A program made the position numbers and the translations under genes. 64,000 nt of DNA from Thermoproteota archaeon (GTDB taxonomy: Archaea; Asgardarchaeota; Njordarchaeia; Njordarchaeales; Panguiarchaeaceae). Each line of letters opens with the position of its first letter. The stretch's first letter is position 1. Below are positions 19,039-28,632 of this stretch, piece by piece. Under the pieces are notes generated by a model. The model was given only the letters and a program-made list of their open reading frames with translations. It had not been told where the DNA came from and did no database searches. The stretch covers positions 64,001 through 128,000 of the forward strand of contig JANJXX010000002.1 of assembly GCA_024720975.1 (NCBI GenBank), given 5' to 3'.

Positions 19039-20253
19039 GTGAATTTTATGGTTGAATATTTAAACGAAACAACACAGTTTGACGGGATTTACCTGCGAAA
19101 AATACGAGAAGGGGGAACATTTTACTGGATACCTGATCCCCAGTACTATGCAAAACCAGGTCATTATCTGCCATCTGAACTGCCCGTGTTCTACAATCCC
19201 ATGATGGAACTCAACAGGGATTTGTCAATCCTAACGCTTGCAACTTATCTAAAGATCACCGACAAAGAGCCTGAGGACTTAACGTATGTGGAACTACTCG
19301 CTGGTACCGGAATACGAGGATTTAGAGTTTTGAATGAAGTTGGAACCCTTAATGTTATTCTTAATGACCTAGACATAAACTGTGTAAGACTCATGCATTT
19401 TAATGCAAAGTTCTTTCCCACTGATATTCAGAGCCATGCAACTATATTGAACTATGAGGCGAATCACTTACTTAGTTCGATTAAGTTATGGAAGAAATCA
19501 GTGGATGCTATAGATATAGATCCCTTCGGAACGCCAGCTCCATTTCTAGATTCTGCCGTGAGGGCTACAAAGAGAAAACTTGGCCTATTGTTATTGACAG
19601 CAACAGACACATCTGCTCTAATAGGGAAGTTTCCACAGTCCGCTAGAAGAAAGTATGGAGTTTATTTAAAGGCTGTGCCATTCTGCAATGAAATTGCTGT
19701 CCGCGCGCTTATATATCACGCGCTTAGCGTTGCTACAAAATACAGAATCGGGCTGAGGCCTCTATTCGGATTCTTCTTTACGAACTTTATAAAGGTTGCG
19801 CTTCTTACAGTGCCTGGAAGAAAAGCTTCAGATGTACTCCTCGAGAAGAAGTCTGGATGGTTAAAAATAGAAGGGACAAAGATAGAGACTTTAGAAAGGC
19901 CTCGTGGCACTCTAGATGGAGATCTAATAGGTCCGATATGGCTTGATACAATGTATGATGAGGAGTTTATAAAAGAGGTCTTAGGAGTTTTAAACAAGGT
20001 GCCTATAGGTGCTACGTCAAGAACAAAGCTAGAGACCTGGTTTAAGGCAGAGCTTAAAACTGCGTCTATACCCTTCTACTATGATATCGAACTAATAGCA
20101 TCAAATCTCAAAAAGTCTACCCCCAAAATAAGGGAAGTTATTGCAGAACTGCAAAGGTTGGGTTTTATTGCAGAGAGAACACACTTTAGTCCTAAGGCTG
20201 TTAAGACAAATGCTCCACCGGAAATTTTAATTGAAATCATCAAGAGGCTTTAG
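19039..20253 (+). CDS. trm1: tRNA (guanine26-N2)-dimethyltransferase
   Basis: VFYNP.MELNRD, AGTGIRG.R, DIDPFGTP, TATD, RTHF. Confidence 0.95.
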   Translation: MNFMVEYLNETTQFDGIYLRKIREGGTFYWIPDPQYYAKPGHYLPSELPVFYNPMMELNRDLSILTLATYLKITDKEPEDLTYVELLAGTGIRGFRVLNEVGTLNVILNDLDINCVRLMHFNAKFFPTDIQSHATILNYEANHLLSSIKLWKKSVDAIDIDPFGTPAPFLDSAVRATKRKLGLLLLTATDTSALIGKFPQSARRKYGVYLKAVPFCNEIAVRALIYHALSVATKYRIGLRPLFGFFFTNFIKVALLTVPGRKASDVLLEKKSGWLKIEGTKIETLERPRGTLDGDLIGPIWLDTMYDEEFIKEVLGVLNKVPIGATSRTKLETWFKAELKTASIPFYYDIELIASNLKKSTPKIREVIAELQRLGFIAERTHFSPKAVKTNAPPEILIEIIKRL

Positions 20254-20312
20254 AGCTCAGTCTGCCCATCGCCGCTCATGAATTTTCACACAAGGCTGAA
20301 TTCATCATCGCC
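20254..20312 (-). ncRNA. Box C/D sRNA with two 16S rRNA guides
   Basis: Minus strand: C ATGATGA - ATTCAGCCTTGT - D' GTGA - C' ATGAGCG - GCGATGGGCAGA - D CTGA; directly 3' of the Sm gene. Confidence 0.8.
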
Positions 20313-20321
20313 GGGTTACTT

Positions 20322-20555
20322 TTATTCTGCCACTTGTATCATTAGAACGTTAGAACCTCGAAGCAGTATTGTACCCCATTTCCGTAAAACGTCTCCTTTG
20401 TCATTTACCTCCTTAGCATCAACTATCATTATGTTCATGACTTCATCAACACTAAGCACCAGTCCTTCTATGATTGTACCGTCTTTTAGCCATACTTTGA
20501 TGTGCTTGTTTATAGATTTTCGAAGTATGGCGAGAGGAAGGTTTGAGGATGTCAT
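20322..20555 (-). CDS. Sm/LSm family protein
   Basis: Sm1 LKDG..IEG...SVDEVMNI; Sm2 ILLRGSNV. Confidence 0.93.
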   Translation of the reverse strand: MTSSNLPLAILRKSINKHIKVWLKDGTIIEGLVLSVDEVMNIMIVDAKEVNDKGDVLRKWGTILLRGSNVLMIQVAE

Positions 20556-20578
20556 TAAAAAGCACCGATATCCGAGTT

Positions 20579-20917
20579 TTAACCAAATAATGCAGCCAAA
20601 CCAGCGAGAGATTCTTCTTCCTTCTTCTCCTCTTTCTTCTTCTCTTCAGCAGCGGCAGGGGCAGGAGCTTGAGGTGCAGCAGTTGGAGCAGGAGTAGCAA
20701 CCATAGGCGCAGCGACAACTGGTGCTTGTTTGGCTCGTTCTATTATCTCACTGAGATTTACTCTGCCTATTGCTGTAACAATTGCTTTTATGTAACCTTC
20801 TTCAAAGTCCGTCACACCAGCAGCTTTAAGGACATTCTTAATGCCTTCTTCATCTATCCTCTTTCCAGCATAGTGAAGTAATAATGCCGCGTGTAGATAT
20901 ACCATTCCAGATGTCAT
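20579..20917 (-). CDS. rpl12p: 50S ribosomal stalk protein P1/L12
   Basis: YLHAALLLH, Ala/Pro hinge, acidic tail ending GLAALFG. Confidence 0.96.
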   Translation of the reverse strand: MTSGMVYLHAALLLHYAGKRIDEEGIKNVLKAAGVTDFEEGYIKAIVTAIGRVNLSEIIERAKQAPVVAAPMVATPAPTAAPQAPAPAAAEEKKKEEKKEEESLAGLAALFG

Positions 20918-21140
20918 TCTAATCTCCTGATGATAGCGATAGTGATCAGGACATTATATGTTGATATTTGCCCTAATAAAAACCTCAATAATAAACAAAA
21001 TTATAATGAACTCCATCCTTTAAAAATAGATGGAGAATGCACATTTGTCGTTTGGCTAGAGATTGCGTATTATCCAGGTAACACTCTCGAGTATGCTAAG
21101 GTTTTAATGCGTTCCCATTTCCAAATGAAATGTGAATGAA

Positions 21141-22145
21141 ATGCCCGAGGAGAAAATAAAACTACTTAGGTGCGAGAGCTTAGAAGAAACTATTCGATAC
21201 CTAAAATCATCTGATATACGTGATGATTCCAAGCAGTACATTCTCATGTTCATTGATGAGCTTAAAATAAAGGGTTTCAGTCAGTTTAGGATAATGGCTT
21301 ATGCTCTTACATTAATAGAGTTCGCAAAGATTGTGAACAAGAGCTTTAATGAGCTTACAGCTGCAGATTTCAGATACTATGTTAATGTTCTGCTAAACGA
21401 AAAACACAACAAACACAGTACTATTAGGGAAAAAATGATGCGCATAAGAGTTTTCATGCGGTGGCTTTTAGATCTTCCGCCAAGAACGACTCCTGACCCA
21501 ATGAAATGGTTTTTCACTATAAGCCCTAAAGCTACTAAAGGGAATAAAATTCTAGAAATTCTAGAGAAAGTAATCGACGACTACGAATATAATGCGCTAT
21601 TGAATGCGGCTAGGAGGTTGAGAGATAAAGCCCTTTTACAATTCTTATATGAGACGGGATCGAGAATTCTAGAGGCATTAGAGGTTCGTATCAAGGACGT
21701 TAACGTTGAAGAGAACTACGCAATAGTTGGCGGAGGAAAACGATTAGTTCCGATCGTAAACTCTGAATGGGTTAAAAAGTGGCTTGAAGAACATCCTCAA
21801 AGGCATTTACCAGAAGCTTACCTGTTCTGTAGTTTAAGGAACCCTAAGAAACCCCTCAGTTATCCTGCTGTAAGAAGGCTTCTAAAGCGGTTAGCTAAAA
21901 TTGCTCATCTCAAAAAGAGAGTTACCTGCCACATGTTCAGGCATACACGCGCAACACTTCTGGCGAAATTCGGCGTTTCACCTTATGCAATGAACCAAGT
22001 GATGGGTTGGAGCGCCTCAACGAAAATGTGGCAGGTTTATTTACACATAACACAAAAAGATGCCCTGCGAGAAATTCTCGAAAAATTCAGTAGACGCCAT
22101 GGCAATTCCGCAGAAAATACGACAAGAACCGACAAATCCACTTAG
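21141..22145 (+). CDS. Tyrosine recombinase/integrase
   Basis: ETGSRILE (R), HMFRH, MGW, VY (Tyr); N-terminal SAM-like helices; 59 bp upstream of tRNA-Leu. Confidence 0.9.
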   Translation: MPEEKIKLLRCESLEETIRYLKSSDIRDDSKQYILMFIDELKIKGFSQFRIMAYALTLIEFAKIVNKSFNELTAADFRYYVNVLLNEKHNKHSTIREKMMRIRVFMRWLLDLPPRTTPDPMKWFFTISPKATKGNKILEILEKVIDDYEYNALLNAARRLRDKALLQFLYETGSRILEALEVRIKDVNVEENYAIVGGGKRLVPIVNSEWVKKWLEEHPQRHLPEAYLFCSLRNPKKPLSYPAVRRLLKRLAKIAHLKKRVTCHMFRHTRATLLAKFGVSPYAMNQVMGWSASTKMWQVYLHITQKDALREILEKFSRRHGNSAENTTRTDKST

Positions 22146-22203
22146 ACACTTTTAAATTTTAAAAAATCCAGATAACATTAAATAGCATGATACACGAAAG
22201 AAA

Positions 22204-22286
22204 GCGGGGGTTCCGGAGTGGTCAAACGGGCGGGACTTAGGATCCCGTGGTGAATGCCTACGCGGGTTCGAATCCCGCCCCCCGCA
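22204..22286 (+). tRNA. tRNA-Leu(UAG)
   Basis: GCGGGGG/CCCCCGC acceptor; CGGGA-CTTAGGA-TCCCG; long variable arm. Confidence 0.95.
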
Positions 22287-22315
22287 TTATATTATATTAA
22301 CATTGAGCTAAGTTA

Positions 22316-22388
22316 GGGCCGGTTGCCTAGAGGTTATGGCGTCCCGCTCACAACGGGAAGGTCGGCGGTTCAAATCCGCCCCGGCCCA
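22316..22388 (+). tRNA. tRNA-Val(CAC)
   Basis: GGGCCGG/CCGGCCC acceptor; TCCCG-CTCACAA-CGGGA. Confidence 0.93.
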
Positions 22389-22527
22389 TCCTCGCTTTTG
22401 ACCCCCCAACTAGTACTCTACTGGGCTTCCGTATTACCTGCAATAGGTTATCGGATATACTTAGATCTTAGACAAAATTAAAAATAATCCTGGTACTTAT
22501 AATTCTCGGTTATGGCAACAACCTCAT

Positions 22528-23019
22528 ATGATCGTGAGAAGAATGGTTGACACTGCCGAGCTAGATAAAAGGCTTCAAGAAATTTATGATGAATTAGATA
22601 AAGCTGTTAGAGAAATCGCTGAGAAGATAGGAAATGTCAAGCTTGTGGTAGCCTCTGTTTGTGGAAATCCTGTGGCCAGTTATTCCGATTCACCTTTAAG
22701 TGTAGATGAACTCAACGCAATCTCAAGCTTGTTGGATGGAACTCTTGAGGGACTCCAGACTCTTTTTACGCAAGTTTTAAGACTAAATTTAAGCTTTGAA
22801 AATGATTTCTTATTTCTTGAGAGTCCAGATTCAATACTAGTCCTCCTCAACATAAGTGGTGCATCACTATTAGTCCACGCAAGCAAACCCGTCCTACTCG
22901 GAACCGTGCGTGCAGTTATCAAAAGCTATCTGCCAAAGATAAAAAGACTTCTTGATGAACTTCAGAATCTCCAAAACAGACTTCTTGCCGTTGAAGCCCT
23001 CAGAAAGAAAGAAGTTTGA
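22528..23019 (+). CDS. Roadblock/LC7-like protein with flanking amphipathic helices
   Basis: VVASVCGNPVAS, AISSLL, PVLLGTVRAVIK. Confidence 0.7.
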   Translation: MIVRRMVDTAELDKRLQEIYDELDKAVREIAEKIGNVKLVVASVCGNPVASYSDSPLSVDELNAISSLLDGTLEGLQTLFTQVLRLNLSFENDFLFLESPDSILVLLNISGASLLVHASKPVLLGTVRAVIKSYLPKIKRLLDELQNLQNRLLAVEALRKKEV

Positions 23020-23058
23020 TTAAAGCCGGCGCGCCTCAGCATATAAGGGTAGAAAATT

Positions 23059-23619
23059 TTAATTCAGAGGCTTTATTCTAGCATTTCTCTCAACAAGAAG
23101 TTCGTAGTTCTTCTGAGGAATGTTGATTATTGCCTTTTCTCTCAAGCCTCTATAATTCACTCCATCGAGACCCACTAAGTTTTTCAGGCTACTTTGGGTC
23201 AAAATTAACTTGCGTTCCATTTTCCTATCCACGCTAACGTTAACTCGGATTTTCTCGAGCGGATCTTCCGCAACCTTAACTTCTTCTTCGATATTTTGGA
23301 GAGTTCTACTGAGAGTTTCTATCAATACTTCTTCTTCGGGTAGCATATTCCCATAGATCCTACGTTGCAGAAGTGCTGATAAAAGTATTTTCAACCTTCT
23401 GATTAGCCTTATATCGTTTAATATCCATTGAATAATCTTGTTGCATATTAAGTAAGCCTCCCTATGAATTTCGTCCGCATCCTCTGATAACTTTGGGGAG
23501 CCGCTTATTAGAGACCGCAGTCTAGAGAGTAACTCGAGATTAATAGTTTGGAGTTCACTTTCCTCTAATTCCTTCATCCAGATTAATTTTAAGTTTGCTA
23601 GAAGTTCAAGAAAATTCAT
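23059..23619 (-). CDS. GINS51 (GINS15)-type replication protein
   Basis: Helical A domain (IRRLKI, NMLPEE) plus C-terminal B domain (VGLDG...IINIP..N.ELLV). Confidence 0.7.
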   Translation of the reverse strand: MNFLELLANLKLIWMKELEESELQTINLELLSRLRSLISGSPKLSEDADEIHREAYLICNKIIQWILNDIRLIRRLKILLSALLQRRIYGNMLPEEEVLIETLSRTLQNIEEEVKVAEDPLEKIRVNVSVDRKMERKLILTQSSLKNLVGLDGVNYRGLREKAIINIPQKNYELLVERNARIKPLN

Positions 23620-23655
23620 TTTAACCTACTTCTGTTTCAAATATCACTCAATGAT

Positions 23656-24462
23656 CTATGTGATCCCAAATTCTTCAGTCTCAGGCTTAAAGTGCTCTTC
23701 TTTTTTATAACGAGCTTCCTCTTGAGCTTTTAGTTCTATAAGTCTTGCAATCTCAAGCTTTATTCGTTCATCGAATATTGTAGTATCAATACCAAGACCA
23801 AAGACATCGATGATTCGTCTAGCTAGCTTTAAAGCTGCAATGTTATCTATGTAACCAGTTCGGGCATACGTGGGAGCTAGTAAACTCACGGCCGGAATTC
23901 CTTTCAACTCCGCTAACATCAGAAAGGTAGCTATTCCACCCGACACAACAACTCCGGGGGGTGACTTCTTTAAGTTCCACATGATTAATTTAGAGTCGAG
24001 TAATGACTTGAAGATTGAGTTACTCGTATAGACTGCATCTACACCTTCATGCTCGCCAGGTGGAAACACCTTTATGTCTATTCCTCCTGCAAGGACGATT
24101 ATCATCCCGTATTTTTTCACGAAATCTGTTATTTTGTCTGCTATATTCACATGTAGATCGCTTGGTAGTTGGAAACGCGTGAGCAGAACGCACGCATTAT
24201 TGCTTATCTTGTAGAGCTCTATTGGATAATTAAAAGTACCAGAATCATTGACTTCGACCATAGGTGGGAGATTCATTGACCACACAAAACCTACTCGCTG
24301 GAGACTACCAGTTTCTAGCGCAGCTTCGCAAAGATACTTAGATACCAAATATCCACAAAGTCCTAAGCCGTAGAAACCAGTTATCAGGTATTTTATCCCG
24401 TTTAATGCATTGTAGTCTTCGATTATTATTTCAATGGTACCGTTTTTGAATGCTGCTCCCAA
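23656..24462 (-). CDS. PAC2-family proteasome assembly chaperone
   Basis: ITGFYGLGLCGYLVSKYL, GGIATFL...GIPAVSLL. Confidence 0.85.
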   Translation of the reverse strand: MGAAFKNGTIEIIIEDYNALNGIKYLITGFYGLGLCGYLVSKYLCEAALETGSLQRVGFVWSMNLPPMVEVNDSGTFNYPIELYKISNNACVLLTRFQLPSDLHVNIADKITDFVKKYGMIIVLAGGIDIKVFPPGEHEGVDAVYTSNSIFKSLLDSKLIMWNLKKSPPGVVVSGGIATFLMLAELKGIPAVSLLAPTYARTGYIDNIAALKLARRIIDVFGLGIDTTIFDERIKLEIARLIELKAQEEARYKKEEHFKPETEEFGIT

Positions 24463-24478
24463 CTAATTTACACCAATT

Positions 24479-25090
24479 TCATGCAAATTCTAGTTCTGAT
24501 AACGCCTTCAAAAGATCTTTCTCTTTCTTCTTAAGTTCTTCAGATGATACAGGTTTGCTCTCTTCACCCTCAGGGGAGACTTCTGGTACTCCCGATTCCT
24601 CAACTGGTGGTACTTCGCTTACTCCGAGTTTCTCTATGTTCCCTAATTGCTCAAGACGCTCTAAGTACTTCTCTAGATCAAAATCTTCCGAAGCCTTCTT
24701 CTCCGGTGCAACTGGCTCTCTTTGCTCTGTGATGATACCCGTTTCTGCGCGTGTTGTGGTAGGTGCTGGAGCAAATTCAATAGACTTTTCTTCAATTGTA
24801 AGCTCTTCTAGTGTCGGAATTTCAGTTGGAAGTTCAACACGCTTTGTTTCAGCAATTTTGGGTTGGCTTAAAGCTGGTATACCTGGCATCGCCTGGCGCT
24901 CAATTATGGATATTTTGGCCTTTATCGTATCTACATCAGCCTTTAGTGTCTCTACTTTTTTCTCTATTTTTTCAAGACGATCTTTTTGATTTTTGATTTC
25001 TTGTACAATTATCTTAAGGTACTTCTTCACTCTTTCAACGAATTCTTCTAGGGACATCTTCTTTTTGTCTGGTTTTTTTGACATACCCAT
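24479..25090 (-). CDS. Hypothetical protein: coiled coil, Pro/Glu linker, short amphipathic helices
   Basis: Long ORF inside a minus-strand operon; heptad pattern at about aa 12-65. Confidence 0.7.
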   Translation of the reverse strand: MGMSKKPDKKKMSLEEFVERVKKYLKIIVQEIKNQKDRLEKIEKKVETLKADVDTIKAKISIIERQAMPGIPALSQPKIAETKRVELPTEIPTLEELTIEEKSIEFAPAPTTTRAETGIITEQREPVAPEKKASEDFDLEKYLERLEQLGNIEKLGVSEVPPVEESGVPEVSPEGEESKPVSSEELKKKEKDLLKALSELEFA

Positions 25091-25138
25091 GACCCATAAG
25101 CAGAATTTTAATAATCACTCAACAAATATAAAATGCAG

Positions 25139-25480
25139 TTAAGTTTGTTTAAAAGCTTCTAAATTTGTATTCTCTTGAGTTCGATTCACCTGGCATGTGG
25201 AGTCTTCTTTAACAATTTTTAAAGAGCTCAAGACTAATCCCACCGCAACGAGAAAATCATCGACTGTACGAAGTAATGTCAAAATCCTGTCGACAGGTCT
25301 ACGCTTAGTCTTCACTTGCAATGCAACCTCATTACCACGAGCTAGTTGTTTTAGGTATAAGTCCTCAAACTCAACATTACTTTCCGGCAGTGTGGCTATA
25401 TTGATCGTATTTGTGTACTCTTCTGTCGATTTTATTCTTACCTCGATCTCTATCTCCTCCAAGACGTTAGTTGTGTCCAT
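25139..25480 (-). CDS. pcc1: KEOPS complex subunit Pcc1-like
   Basis: TLLRTVDDFL helix; follows a RecJ-like DHH gene as in the conserved archaeal order. Confidence 0.6.
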   Translation of the reverse strand: MDTTNVLEEIEIEVRIKSTEEYTNTINIATLPESNVEFEDLYLKQLARGNEVALQVKTKRRPVDRILTLLRTVDDFLVAVGLVLSSLKIVKEDSTCQVNRTQENTNLEAFKQT

Positions 25481-25500
25481 ACTGTCGATACCTTTTTTAA

Positions 25501-26964
25501 CTATTCCAATAACCTCTCCATAGCCGCTAAGAAGCTTTCTAATTTTTCTTCAGGTAGATATGCGCCAGCTGCTAATTCATGGCCACCTCCAGAGGCTTCA
25601 GGCAAGTTTGAGAGAACCTTCTTAAGTATTTCAACTAAGTTTCCCTGGAATGCATTTGTGCCCCTAATTGATACCTTTAAAGCATTTTCAACGCTTCTCG
25701 ATAGAACTATGATAATTTTAGCAGTACTCTTTAATGCATGTGCTAGTATACTTGCCACAGAACTCGTAAGTTCTTCGTGAATTTTATCTCTGCCATCATA
25801 TACCGCGACACTTCCATGCATCTCTACTTGGGACTCCATGTTTAGAAATATTGTAGATAGAACTGCTCTGTATCTTTCATAGAGCTGAAACACCTGCTGC
25901 ACCACATCTTTATTGAGGGGGTTAAGAAGCGCTCCAAAAGCAACTTCTGGTGATCTCATTTTTCCACACGCATTAATCAGAATTGATAGGTCTCTAGCAT
26001 ATCTACAGAAATGGTTTTGTCCGGCTGAGAATTCGTATACATATCCCCTAAGCATTTCATCTATTTCTCTTATCGAGTATTTTCCACAATGCTTTAATAC
26101 TAGCGCTTCAAGAAGCTTATTTCTCAAAACGTCCCTTTGTTCTGGGGTAAGTTTATCCCAATAAACTTTTTCTGGATCATCACCTCGGCGCAATACTCCG
26201 GCTTGGATTAAAAAGTCAACTGCACCTTCGTAACTTCCAGATATACCGGGAATATCTAAAATGAACATTTCGGCAAGAAGTCTATATAATGGTTTAAACC
26301 CCATTCCTATTAGGATATAATCCTCGTAACTATTTATCACACCATATCTTTCGCCATAGTTAACGATGAATTTGTTAATTCCTATAAGTGAGCGTTTTGG
26401 ACCTACGTCCTGCGAATCACCTAGTGCTCCAGTTATGGCATAGAACAGATGAGCCTTATTTCTATCAAAGAATCCGTAGAAAGTATTAGCTAGCAGGAAC
26501 GCTATGCCTGCCGAGCTTATCTCTGTGCTACCATCTATCTCACACAGTCTTGGATTAATTACTAGAGATCTTGGATCGCTGAATGGATCGCTGAAATCAG
26601 AGCTGGACACTATGTGATGGTCTATTATAATGCTGCTTGATATGCTTGCAGTTTTCTTTACGTATGCTAATGGCGTGTCCGTACCTAAGTCTAGGAATAT
26701 TACATATCTTGGTTCTACTTCTTGCCAGTAACTCTCAAAGCTTTTGTTTGATATTTGCGGAAAAAAGTTTAGTATGAATGGCTTGTTCATTTCTATTAGA
26801 AGCTTAGCTATGATAACCGCCGATGTTATTCCATCGGTATCAATATGTGAGAACACAAAGATAGGGTCGTCTTTTCCCATGGATTCTAGGACACGAACAG
26901 CTCTTACCATATAGTTTATAATATTTTCCAACTTGTGCATTTTACAATGCCGAACTAAACCCAT
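25501..26964 (-). CDS. DHH phosphoesterase, RecJ/GAN/Cdc45-like
   Basis: HIDTDG, DLG, DHH, GALGD, GGGHELAAG. Confidence 0.92.
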   Translation of the reverse strand: MGLVRHCKMHKLENIINYMVRAVRVLESMGKDDPIFVFSHIDTDGITSAVIIAKLLIEMNKPFILNFFPQISNKSFESYWQEVEPRYVIFLDLGTDTPLAYVKKTASISSSIIIDHHIVSSSDFSDPFSDPRSLVINPRLCEIDGSTEISSAGIAFLLANTFYGFFDRNKAHLFYAITGALGDSQDVGPKRSLIGINKFIVNYGERYGVINSYEDYILIGMGFKPLYRLLAEMFILDIPGISGSYEGAVDFLIQAGVLRRGDDPEKVYWDKLTPEQRDVLRNKLLEALVLKHCGKYSIREIDEMLRGYVYEFSAGQNHFCRYARDLSILINACGKMRSPEVAFGALLNPLNKDVVQQVFQLYERYRAVLSTIFLNMESQVEMHGSVAVYDGRDKIHEELTSSVASILAHALKSTAKIIIVLSRSVENALKVSIRGTNAFQGNLVEILKKVLSNLPEASGGGHELAAGAYLPEEKLESFLAAMERLLE

Positions 26965-27066
26965 GTATCCAGTTACTAATTTAACGAGAATATTTATTTC
27001 TCATTTTTACTGAGATTTTAGAAAGCACAACAACAGTAGTCTGCTGTGCTAATTGGTGATAAGATC

Positions 27067-27405
27067 TTGAAAAAGAAAAAGGCAGAGGAAAAAATTACGA
27101 CACTAGAAGAAGGAGATCTTGTGGGTCTCGTACTACGCATGATGGGTGGGGATTGGATAGAGGTATTCTGCGATGACGAAGTTGTTAGAAAAGTTAGGAT
27201 ACCAAAATCAAAGAGATCTATTCGCATTAAGCCTAATGATTTGATAGTAATTCGTCCATGGTATGGAATTGACGAGACACGGGGAGATATGATTACAAAA
27301 CTAACTCCGAGAGACTTAAAGCATTTATTGAAGACAGAGAGAGGAGAAAACATAAAGAAGATACTCACCGAGGAGCAAAAGGAATTTTATGGAATTGAGG
27401 AATAA
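27067..27405 (+). CDS. eif1a: Translation initiation factor aIF-1A (divergent)
   Basis: OB fold VLRMMGGDWIEVFCDD...RIP...DLIVIRPW...RGD; TTG start after GGTGA. Confidence 0.85.
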   Translation: MKKKKAEEKITTLEEGDLVGLVLRMMGGDWIEVFCDDEVVRKVRIPKSKRSIRIKPNDLIVIRPWYGIDETRGDMITKLTPRDLKHLLKTERGENIKKILTEEQKEFYGIEE

Positions 27406-27426
27406 TCACCTACTAAGTGAAAATCC

Positions 27427-28629
27427 ATGGGAATAATTATAAGACCAGAGAGTTTAGAGCACACTTTTGTTCCTGATAGACTTCCCGCTAGAGAGGAACT
27501 TCGTTACCAACTCCTCTCCAAAATCATGGACTTCTTTTCTAAGCAATCGGGAGCTGGCTTTAAGGGCATCTATATTTATGGGGGCGTAGGTTCTGGAAAA
27601 ACAGTGCTCTCCCGCCGAGTTGCAATGGACCTCAAAGCGAAATTCGGTGATGCCCTAGATATTTGCTATGTCAACTGCCGATTTTCTAGAAGAGTGTATC
27701 GCGTGCTCGCACAAATAGCATCACAAATATCACCATCGCTTCCCCGGCGCGGTTTATCTAAGGATGAGTTCCTGGAATTAATATTTCTTGCTACTATGGA
27801 AAGAACGAAAAAACTCTTAGTAATACTTGATGAAATAGACTCGCTATTTTGGGGAGCTGAAGGAGATAAAGCTACGGATTTTCTGTATGCCCTATCTAGA
27901 TACGTCGAGCGAACCCCCTCTGGTGACTTACGCGTTGCAGCACTAAGCATAAGCAGAAGCGAAGAAGTGATTCATAAGTGGCTAGATCCTGCCACGCGTG
28001 CTTCATTCATACACGAGAAAATTTTTATGAAACCATATAACCCTAATGAGCTCCTAGAGATTCTTAAGTATCGAGTAGAACTCGCATTTAAACCCAATTC
28101 TATTAGCGATGAAAATATACGATATCTCGCCAACTTTGTTGCAAATCAGGCATCGGGAAATGCACGGATTGCAATAGATCTTCTACGACTTTCAGGAGAA
28201 ATAGCAGAACAACAAAGAGCATCTGAGATTAAACCTGAGCATATAAGGGTAGCTATAGAAGAGTACGCGCTACTACCTACGCTGGATCTAGAAAAATTGA
28301 TGGGACTTGAATTACACAAGCTTCTCGTTTTACTATCAGCAGTCCGAGCGCTTAAGAATTCTGATAAAGCTTACGTGACTAAAGCCATTGCACAACAGCA
28401 CTATAGAGAAATCTGCGCTGAATATAATGAAAAACCAAGAAAATCAACACAAATCTGGAGATACCTAAAAGAAATTCATCATGAGCTTAGTGGAATCGTT
28501 GAACTAGAGGTTAGTGGAAAAAACCAACGCGGACGCTCAACTAGAATCTTAATAAATGCTCCTTTAGAAGTTTTTGAGAAAAGTATTATGAAGGTTCTTA
28601 GGATGAAACTTCGCCAGGAGAACCTATAA
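27427..28629 (+). CDS. cdc6: Orc1/Cdc6 family replication initiator
   Basis: FVPDRLPARE, GGVGSGKT, ILDEID, GNARIAIDLL, C-terminal winged helix. Confidence 0.93.
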   Translation: MGIIIRPESLEHTFVPDRLPAREELRYQLLSKIMDFFSKQSGAGFKGIYIYGGVGSGKTVLSRRVAMDLKAKFGDALDICYVNCRFSRRVYRVLAQIASQISPSLPRRGLSKDEFLELIFLATMERTKKLLVILDEIDSLFWGAEGDKATDFLYALSRYVERTPSGDLRVAALSISRSEEVIHKWLDPATRASFIHEKIFMKPYNPNELLEILKYRVELAFKPNSISDENIRYLANFVANQASGNARIAIDLLRLSGEIAEQQRASEIKPEHIRVAIEEYALLPTLDLEKLMGLELHKLLVLLSAVRALKNSDKAYVTKAIAQQHYREICAEYNEKPRKSTQIWRYLKEIHHELSGIVELEVSGKNQRGRSTRILINAPLEVFEKSIMKVLRMKLRQENL

Positions 28630-28632
28630 TTC

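Noticed and set aside
26965-27427. Replication origin next to cdc6
   Set aside because: No long intergenic region or repeated ORB/G-string motifs
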